In this document: in pieces, positions 27,101 to 32,839 of the stretch
How the letters are laid out: every line of letters begins with the position of its first letter
How positions within the stretch are numbered: position 1 is the stretch's first letter
Assembly: GCA_964526015.1 (NCBI GenBank)
Contig: CAZGHY010000001.1
Location: forward strand, 13,833-77,832
DNA: 64,000 bases
Source: an uncultured Gammaproteobacteria bacterium
GTDB taxonomy: Bacteria > Patescibacteriota > Microgenomatia > UBA8517
Direction of reading: 5' to 3'
Notes under the pieces: model-generated
Databases searched by the model: none
What the model was told of the DNA's origin: nothing
Seen by the model: only the letters and a program-made list of their open reading frames with translations
Position numbers and translations under genes: made by a program

Positions 27101-29608
27101 GTAATTCCATTAAAAAATACAGACTCTAGTTTAACTGTTCCAACGGTAGAATCTAGAATATTTACAGTTATAAATCCAAAAAACAGCCAAACATATTATT
27201 TAGAGTCTACAACTTTTAGCGAATTAGTAAATTTAAGAAAAGATTTAACACTATTATACTTGGTAATATCAAATGTTACTGGAACTGGCTTATCAACAGC
27301 CATTACAGTTACTACAAGAGATGTTCGTAAGTTTGGCAATGACCTAGACACTCAAGTTTCACAATCTTTAACTGATTCCCTTGCTGGTGGTGGATTTAAA
27401 AACTTTACCACTGTAAATAACTGGTTAAAATATAATCAAAACTATAATAACATCATTTTAGTTAGAGGAACTCACTCTATTTCTTCAGCATTAAGTCTTT
27501 CATATGCAAATAGAGAGGTTTTATTTGAAGGTGATGGCTATACTCAAATAAATGTTGACACCAATTTAACAATTGGAAGCAATGTTAGATTTAAAAACAT
27601 TAAGTTTAATCTAAATGGTAGTTTGTTTTTTGTTATTCAAGACAGCGATACAGTAAGTTTTGAAAACTGTGTATTTGAAGCCGCTTCAGTAACGCAAACT
27701 GGCATAGCTCTTGATAATGCAAACAATATTTCATTTAAAAACTGTAAATTTATTTACAAATATATTACAAACCCAAGTAGCAACTTGATTTCAAGTGGAG
27801 CTGGTTTAATTTACTCAAATGTTACAGCTTCTAGACTATTAAGCAACTTTAATATTAGAGATTGCAGCTTTACATACACGCCATCAACAGATGGCTATCA
27901 ACGTAATCCATTTGTAAATATAGAATTAAGTGAAGTAAGTGCATTTGTTAAAAATGTTGATATTTCAAATAATCAATTTATGAATAATGCCACTTCTGGT
28001 GGATTAATTATTGATTTGAAATCAGCGGTTGCTGTTGTTAATACAACAACTCCAAGCGTTACTACTTATAATAACAGACCGGCTTTAATTAACTTTAAAG
28101 TTAAAGATAACTGGTGTGATGCTAGACAAATAATTGCATTAACTTCTGTTACAAGTTCTTCTCAAGAAAAAAGCCCAGGTTTAAACTGTATCGATACAGA
28201 AATTTCTGGGAACAAATGTGGTGCCATCGCTTACTTTGTATCTAGAGGCGTTGGAAGTCTTGGATTAGTTTATGGACATGATGAAATGAACTCATCATTA
28301 ACCATAAAGCATAATTCTTGTCATTATATTTATAATTGTGATTCAACAGGACAACTATTCTTAGCTGATACCAATTCAGAATATGCTCAAGGCAATATTT
28401 TAATTGAAGGAAATCATTGTAATTGGATTCATATTTCTGCTTCAGGTGGAATACTTGAATCAATTAAGGTCAGCAAGAATTTCTTGAATGCTTATGATAC
28501 TACAGTTCTAGCTAATTATGGTGGAACAGCAGATTATGGCATTTACATCTATGCTAATTTGAATAGCAGCAAAGGCAGCAATTCAAATGTTATTGTAAGC
28601 GAAAACTCGCTTGAATATAATACTGTTAAAACAAGTGCTGGTGCAGTAACCACTTATACTTATGGTGTTGGCGGAATATTATTCTTAAGCTCAGGACAAA
28701 TATTAAATAACAAAATTACTGGCTTAATTAATAATTCAAGCACTACACATGGTATTAGATTTGGTGGAGTTTATACATTAATAAATGGGAACTCTATTTA
28801 TCGTCAATCAAGCAATATCTTTGCTTACATAAGATTCTCTCATCCTGACGGAACTACCACAAATCCTCAAGGGACTATAGTAAACAATTTATTTGATCAA
28901 TATACAACAGATGGTTCAAATGAACAAGTTTGTTTAGAAATTCCAGAAAACTTTACATATGAAAAGAATATAAATCAAACAAAGATTCAATTCTTAGATA
29001 TTGGTGAATCTGATGGATATTTAGATCCAAGTGCAGGATCTATTACTGGAGATACAACTTTATATAAAGGCGTGGGATATGATGTTTCTAGATCAAATTC
29101 AGCTACTGGAACATATGTAACTTTTGTAGACACTACAGATGTTAAAAAAGCTTTTAGAAAATATTATAATTTAAGTAATATTTTACCAAAAAATGTACAA
29201 GTTCTTGATGGTTATTTAGGGTTTAATGCATTAAGCAGCACAGATGGTGATTATACTAATGCATTTAATATTTTTTATATGGAAATAAGAAAAGGAAGAC
29301 TTGGTTTAGGTACATATTCAATTGGATCTAATCCATATGGTGTTCCACCTAGTTCAACTAGCATTTTAGATGTTAAAACTAATTCAATTAGTGATGGATC
29401 TGTAAATGATACTTCTCAAATAACTGTAGCTATTCCAGGAATAGCTACATATTATAATAATACTAATTATTTGTTTGTTAAACCTTCATCAAACAAATAT
29501 TATACAGACACAGAACAACCAATAATGCTTAATTTAAGCATCGGTTTTAGGGGAACTAATGCTCAATGGCAAGTTTCTCCAATAAGAATTAAATATCGTT
29601 GGGTTTAA
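24122..29608 (+). CDS. Giant tail fibre/tailspike protein with an internal beta-helix module, candidate receptor-binding protein
   Basis: 1828-aa ORF. Cap-like motif ILVRGTHSISSALSLSYANREVLFEGDGYTQINVD at about 27460, followed by repetitive NxxFxNC/ISxN beta-helix-like rungs. Confidence 0.6.
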   Translation: MSNFPTELDTDVELPLVTNNIVEIGAEAINALRDATFNIEENIGIDAQGSKNSIAERLETFLEPDGTPKTSVLVSLGLIALPIRDNQIAADAAIQESKITLTYSTQALYDLITALDSAITVVNGFISTVGIKVNPHIAGTDYRHKLSHIDIDTGTAYLNKNGLSRTTTNLNTLLSDINTDLVTHEKNDGTTTGTVPSANFAHVASGIEVNTSNFTTIPQIYDNAQDILEYLDNSNLFTVGNRFQNLFSNGIPRTSRLSTLTSDGYGQNLVPVTPVTSYLLAGGVTSPKDDIFNGDDVIEFFPADNSTNIFDSQFCTVKPGDILTINYGTVTVQFIIDNIKQITSPTISKRYLVRINGKNLLATTAGIARIDRALYNENKYGVLNTSVVNNSFNSYPSVIAANPRGAVALGIGFDPTKIDSTHYNLYLQLFPDGNPSNKTINLPAIDISGNAGATPGKYSLESIVEETNKKIHTAGFNLRFVAFSYNGEFGMMLADHYQNASFAIMSGIINSSGTYDSGLTASTYPNNVVDPITSQDALGFGDNGANLASPPYAISFSTTEKALVPTKIFVPLSRNYFYVNGVERDKLNFHTSQVLDTYGDGYWAASIISRTLTSSTVEATYQVSALLDNTKLASGKTLVVLPNVAVTDSSYNPIDYGRFIIKSVVFDPCCSPGTPTTTITVYDAIHGAGASPYASSASGTVRLYFNDDSIGVDNQNITDGYVATNFKRYHEFYVDQDGSTFSHEKLRFYTISGGTSTPVQLYCDNGEISKINIVSGSSKLKGYKFANNFSKLTLHISNYSDTTGLYDGYLCRYDGSVYSNSGPITSGRKGDVVRFYDETTVDFIDFKFNIDDSIASFTNKNLDIQVFKPIDTEGQQMRIGSGQLNDFTKEFKFSQDKRTFGNTSEKNLTTSALDFINAGEKYLHQNSVMRGFDYVSTSSNKISLTGGLAVVDGKFISSNNNYVDIPIVRELYSSVEYVNIIWAICINNKSELQVIPLKNTDSSLTVPTVESRIFTVINPKNSQTYYLESTTFSELVNLRKDLTLLYLVISNVTGTGLSTAITVTTRDVRKFGNDLDTQVSQSLTDSLAGGGFKNFTTVNNWLKYNQNYNNIILVRGTHSISSALSLSYANREVLFEGDGYTQINVDTNLTIGSNVRFKNIKFNLNGSLFFVIQDSDTVSFENCVFEAASVTQTGIALDNANNISFKNCKFIYKYITNPSSNLISSGAGLIYSNVTASRLLSNFNIRDCSFTYTPSTDGYQRNPFVNIELSEVSAFVKNVDISNNQFMNNATSGGLIIDLKSAVAVVNTTTPSVTTYNNRPALINFKVKDNWCDARQIIALTSVTSSSQEKSPGLNCIDTEISGNKCGAIAYFVSRGVGSLGLVYGHDEMNSSLTIKHNSCHYIYNCDSTGQLFLADTNSEYAQGNILIEGNHCNWIHISASGGILESIKVSKNFLNAYDTTVLANYGGTADYGIYIYANLNSSKGSNSNVIVSENSLEYNTVKTSAGAVTTYTYGVGGILFLSSGQILNNKITGLINNSSTTHGIRFGGVYTLINGNSIYRQSSNIFAYIRFSHPDGTTTNPQGTIVNNLFDQYTTDGSNEQVCLEIPENFTYEKNINQTKIQFLDIGESDGYLDPSAGSITGDTTLYKGVGYDVSRSNSATGTYVTFVDTTDVKKAFRKYYNLSNILPKNVQVLDGYLGFNALSSTDGDYTNAFNIFYMEIRKGRLGLGTYSIGSNPYGVPPSSTSILDVKTNSISDGSVNDTSQITVAIPGIATYYNNTNYLFVKPSSNKYYTDTEQPIMLNLSIGFRGTNAQWQVSPIRIKYRWV

Positions 29609-30171
29609 TAGAATTTACATTTATCTTTGCCCCATGTTGAGGCAAAAGCGTCGCATTTTAATTTACCTAATGTTGTTGTTGGCATACCAGGCTCAGGTGG
29701 AGCGTCTTTATCTACAACAAAAAATACATCCATATGATTACAACCATCATCACAAATACATTTATGGGCTGGTGTAACTGGAATTTTACTACAATGATCT
29801 TCTGAAACTGCAACAGTTTTTTTAATTGTATAGTAGTTATCAAGAAATCCACAATTTCCATCATAAATTGCTGATGCTGGATTACCTTTCATATTTAAAC
29901 AAGCATAATCATCTTGTTTAGAGCAAGAATATTTACTTCCACATACATCAATTTCTTTAGTGTCCACAGGCGTATCACTGACATCATTAGAATCAGCTAC
30001 ATTTGAGTCTTTAACGCCAAAATCTTTTACCTCTGAATCATTTGAAATTTCGCTTCCTGATTCTACTGCTTCATTTCCAGTATCCTCAGGTGGCGGAGGC
30101 GCAACTTGAAAATCAGTTCCTGAGCAAGCAGTTAGAGTTAAAAATACACAAATTGTAATTAAGTTTTTCAT
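29605..30171 (-). CDS. Secreted lipoprotein with an acidic linker and a 10-Cys C-terminal domain, a moron and candidate superinfection-exclusion factor
   Basis: Signal peptide MKNLITICVFLTLTAC with lipobox L-T-A-C. Asp/Ser/Glu-rich linker. Ten Cys in the last approximately 115 aa. Convergent with the fibre gene, overlapping its stop. Confidence 0.75.
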   Translation of the reverse strand: MKNLITICVFLTLTACSGTDFQVAPPPPEDTGNEAVESGSEISNDSEVKDFGVKDSNVADSNDVSDTPVDTKEIDVCGSKYSCSKQDDYACLNMKGNPASAIYDGNCGFLDNYYTIKKTVAVSEDHCSKIPVTPAHKCICDDGCNHMDVFFVVDKDAPPEPGMPTTTLGKLKCDAFASTWGKDKCKFY

Positions 30172-30181
30172 TGTTTTTCCT

Positions 30182-30592
30182 TTATTTCATTGTTAACAGA
30201 AGTTTTTGTAATTTATTTTTGTCAAAAGACACACTATCTTGCGGGAATTCTTTTTTATTTTGTATAAAAATTCTTATTTGGTTTTCATTTTTTATTTTAT
30301 AATTATTAATTATATAATTATTATATACTCCAAATGAATGATTGTATGGAACGTCATATGAGTCTATAATTAATATTAATTCAATTATTACTGGATTAGA
30401 AATATTATCATTAATATGAGTTACTTTTTTTATTTTGTAATCAATTAAATCTGTAATTTTAATTTTATGATTATAATTATTTGGGTTATTAATAAGTTCA
30501 AAAATAGCAGGCAAATCTCCATAAAAATCATTATTAAAATAATGAATAATCTCATCTTCTACTGTTTTAAGATTTCGTTCCATGTTTTCCAT
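30182..30592 (-). CDS. Asn/Ile/Lys-rich orphan protein in an extremely AT-rich gene
   Basis: ORF track 30182-30661. I prefer the ATG at 30590-30592 (MENMERNLKTV..). The GTG-initiated extension would run through the promoter and the GC hairpin. It ends 10 nt upstream of the lipoprotein gene start. Confidence 0.55.
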   Translation of the reverse strand: MENMERNLKTVEDEIIHYFNNDFYGDLPAIFELINNPNNYNHKIKITDLIDYKIKKVTHINDNISNPVIIELILIIDSYDVPYNHSFGVYNNYIINNYKIKNENQIRIFIQNKKEFPQDSVSFDKNKLQKLLLTMK

Positions 30593-30628
30593 CTTGTCTT
30601 TTTTATTTTCGGAGACCGCATTCCTACC

Positions 30629-30650
30629 GCGCACGCTCGCGCGCGTGTGT
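30629..30650. other. GC-rich hairpin inside a 40-nt 70% G+C patch: leader stem-loop, operator, or IS-end hairpin
   Basis: CACGC (30632-30636) pairs with GCGTG (30643-30647) across loop TCGCGC. The stem can be extended by G-T, C-G and G-T pairs. In 30611-30650, 28 of 40 bases are G or C, within an AT-rich genome. Confidence 0.5.
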
Positions 30651-30679
30651 ATAATAGGCACTCAATTTTTCCGTGTCAA
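30651..30679 (-). promoter_or_regulatory. Near-consensus sigma70-type promoter driving the minus-strand two-gene moron
   Basis: The minus strand reads TTGACA (plus 30674-30679), a 17-nt spacer, then TATTAT (plus 30651-30656). An A-tract lies just upstream (plus 30688-30695). Confidence 0.55.
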
Positions 30680-30802
30680 CTCCCCATCAATTTTTGCATT
30701 TTCGAGCATCTTACTGTTTTTTTTGGATGATCTGCTGATCAGCCTTACAATTTTTGTGGTGGTAATCAATAAACAAGTATTTTACTATACAAGATTAAAA
30801 AA

Positions 30803-31825
30803 ATGTCTGATAGCATTCTAGTAGTTAAAATTAAACATCATGCCGATCTAACCGAAGAGTTAAAAAAAGCTGTTTTGGTAGCTAACTATGCTGTTAAAAA
30901 TAGATCTAAACTCTCTTCAACTAATGTTTCTCATATTGGACTACCATCTGCAATTAGCAATCAAGTGCTTCGTAAATATGGCAAGAATAAGAAATGTAAG
31001 TCAATTAATGAGGAAAAGATTAAGTTAGTAGCACCAAATCAATCAGTTAAAATTGATGGCAATCAAATTAGAATAGTTCCATTAAAACTAATGCTAACTA
31101 ATGAAAGCAAGCATCAGATAACTAAAGTATATCAGATAGAATTAGATGCAACTTATGCTTATATAGCATTTAGCAAATCTAATACAAAACAATTAGATAC
31201 TAATAAATTCATTGGTGTTGATCTAAATGCCACTTCTCATTGTGCAGTAGCTGCTGAACCTATTAGTGGTAAAGTTATTAAACTTGGTAAGCAAGCTCCA
31301 CATATACATAAGAAGTATAAGGCATTAAGAAATAGTTTGCAGAAGCAGAGATTATATAAGAAGTTGAAAGAAACTAAAGGAAAAGAAACCAGAAAAGTAA
31401 AGGATATCAATCATAAAATTAGCAAACAAATTGTTCAGTTTGCTAAAGATAACAACTGCGGTATTAAGTTAGAAAAACTAACTGGTATTCGTAATAATAA
31501 GAAAAACAACAAAACATTTCGTTATACCTTGAACTCTTGGAGTTATTATCAATTAGGCACTATGATCGCCTATAAAGCTCTACTTGCAGGTATTCCAATA
31601 CAATATATTGATCCAGCCTACACCAGTCAGAACTGTAGTAGATGTGGTCATCTTGGAAAACGTAATGGTAAAAAATTTAAGTGTGCAAATTGTAATCACA
31701 CTGGTCATGCCGATGTCAATGCGAGTTTTAATATCGCAAAGTCATTGAACCTGATCTCTGCTACCGAGAAAAAGATCGGTGGTAATGGTGATACTGAAGC
31801 GCCTATGAGGCAATCAAATGCTTGA
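30803..31825 (+). CDS. tnpB: TnpB (IS200/IS605-IS607 OrfB-type RNA-guided endonuclease), compact 340-aa form with an intact catalytic triad
   Basis: RuvC-I is D140 in FIGVDLNAT (31220-31222). RuvC-II is E224 in GIKLEKLTG (31472-31474). RuvC-III is D304 in GHADVNASFNIA (31712-31714). The zinc ribbon CSRC-x12-CANC lies at 31634-31693. The motif PAYTSQNCSRCG is also present. Confidence 0.9.
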   Translation: MSDSILVVKIKHHADLTEELKKAVLVANYAVKNRSKLSSTNVSHIGLPSAISNQVLRKYGKNKKCKSINEEKIKLVAPNQSVKIDGNQIRIVPLKLMLTNESKHQITKVYQIELDATYAYIAFSKSNTKQLDTNKFIGVDLNATSHCAVAAEPISGKVIKLGKQAPHIHKKYKALRNSLQKQRLYKKLKETKGKETRKVKDINHKISKQIVQFAKDNNCGIKLEKLTGIRNNKKNNKTFRYTLNSWSYYQLGTMIAYKALLAGIPIQYIDPAYTSQNCSRCGHLGKRNGKKFKCANCNHTGHADVNASFNIAKSLNLISATEKKIGGNGDTEAPMRQSNA

Positions 31826-31883
31826 AGAAAAACTTTTGAACCTCGGAACCTCTAATGCTTTAACTTGGAGTTATTCAGTATAG
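31640..31883 (+). ncRNA. Predicted omega/reRNA region overlapping the tnpB 3' end and downstream spacer
   Basis: The location follows the known TnpB system layout. Local stems: TGCGA/TCGCA (31720-31738), CTACCGA/TCGGTGG (31761-31782), and nested AAGC-GCCT-atg-AGGC-..-GCTT (31797-31823). TTGAACCT is repeated at 31745-31752 and 31836-31843. Confidence 0.25.
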
Positions 31884-32729
31884 ATGGTCACTAACAATTT
31901 TTTCAGATCCGAATTATATAATAGTCATCATATTGTTCAAAATGGCATGATTTCTTATCCAAAAGAAGTTATTATTAGAACATTACGAGATTTTTTCAAA
32001 GATGATAATTATTATCGTTATGTTCCAGATGATTGGGGATTTCCAAAACGAGTTGATGTTACCGGATTAAATATAGACGCCGGAATACCAAATGACAGCT
32101 CAACCACTAGATTATTTATTGGTGAAGCCTTTAGTACGGACGTTTCTTTTTATCCAGCTATAATTGTAAGATTTACAGGATCTAAATATAAACCAATTTC
32201 TTTTAATAGAGAAAGATCAAACGTTCAATGGGATTATTATGCTGTAGATCTTGATGGCTATCAAGTAAAACATTTTAGATATCCTAAATATTTTTTATTT
32301 GCTGGAAGTTGGTCTGGAACTATTCAAATTGATATTATGTCAAGAGGTCAAAGGGCAAGAGATGAGCTTACAGAACTTATTGGTATGTTATTTTCAGATA
32401 TCGCACATGATTCTTTAATAAAAAGCGGTATAAGTATTATGGATGTATCTGTATCTAATATTAGTCAAGATTCAGATAGAAATGATCTAATACATAAAGC
32501 TTCTGTTAATTTAGAAATAAGATCTGAGTGGCGAAGACAAATACCTGTAGGTAATATAGTAGAAGTTATTAATTTTGCAATAGAAATTGGTAGAACAGAT
32601 GATCCAAATTATCCAATTTCACCAAATATGACAATTTACACTCAAAATTCTGTAATTACATCATTTATAAATGCCGTTTATCCTTATGATCCCGAAAATA
32701 TTCAATTTAATTTTAATTCGGGACTGTAA
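31884..32729 (+). CDS. Putative tail completion / tail terminator (neck-proximal) protein
   Basis: 281-aa ORF immediately upstream of the sheath gene. The assignment rests mainly on position. Confidence 0.35.
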   Translation: MVTNNFFRSELYNSHHIVQNGMISYPKEVIIRTLRDFFKDDNYYRYVPDDWGFPKRVDVTGLNIDAGIPNDSSTTRLFIGEAFSTDVSFYPAIIVRFTGSKYKPISFNRERSNVQWDYYAVDLDGYQVKHFRYPKYFLFAGSWSGTIQIDIMSRGQRARDELTELIGMLFSDIAHDSLIKSGISIMDVSVSNISQDSDRNDLIHKASVNLEIRSEWRRQIPVGNIVEVINFAIEIGRTDDPNYPISPNMTIYTQNSVITSFINAVYPYDPENIQFNFNSGL

Positions 32730-32742
32730 AGTATGGAAATAT

Positions 32743-32770
32743 TTGCTATCTGTATAGAGCGTAATATAAT
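32743..32770 (+). promoter_or_regulatory. Candidate sigma70-like promoter upstream of the sheath gene
   Basis: TTGCTA (32743-32748), a 16-nt spacer, then TATAAT (32765-32770), 70 nt upstream of the ATG at 32840. The AT-rich background makes chance matches likely. Confidence 0.3.
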
Positions 32771-32839
32771 ATTTTCTGCTTTTTGTTTAACAAAAGCTAA
32801 TAAAAACTTATCTTATAAGAAAATAGGAAACTAAAATAA

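Larger units (their letters stand above)
30700..31883 (+). mobile_element. Solo-tnpB IS200/IS605-like element or relic; ends not determinable from this window
   Basis: tnpB has no tnpA and interrupts an otherwise structural gene block. Only short non-coding flanks are present: 141 nt of ORF-free sequence upstream (about 210 nt if the neighbouring minus-strand gene starts at the 30592 ATG) and 58 nt downstream. Boundaries are guessed. Confidence 0.3.

Noticed and set aside
30604-30614. The 10-mer ATTTTCGGAG is shared between the GC patch region and the rmlB frameshift site (17205-17214).
   Set aside because: It is a single short match with no flanking similarity and is compatible with chance in 64 kb. 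I noted it only because both contain TCGGA.
30650-30655. Plus-strand TATAAT that could serve as a tnpB promoter -10 element.
   Set aside because: No acceptable -35 lies upstream (ACCGCG region), and the TG lies directly against the hexamer rather than one base away as an extended -10 element requires. The same AT patch fits the minus-strand promoter much better.
30593-30661. GTG-initiated N-terminal extension (MPIIHTRASVRGRNAVSENKKDK) of the orphan gene, as given in the ORF track.
   Set aside because: The extension would be translated through the GC hairpin and would start inside the predicted -10/spacer of its own promoter. Its composition is unlike the rest of the protein. The ATG at 30592 is the more plausible start.
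30717-30724. T8 tract as an intrinsic terminator upstream of tnpB.
   Set aside because: I could not find a stable stem immediately preceding it on either strand.
30467-30821. Plus-strand ORFs 30467-30730 and 30582-30821 crossing the intergenic region.
   Set aside because: They are antisense to the AT-rich orphan gene, or they run through promoter and hairpin sequence into the tnpB start. They have a hydrophobic low-complexity translation and no ribosome-binding site.
32775-32800. Imperfect hairpin GCTTTTTG-TTTAA-CAAAAGC in the sheath leader.
   Set aside because: The stem is bulged and AT-rich, with no U-tract. It is indistinguishable from background in this composition.
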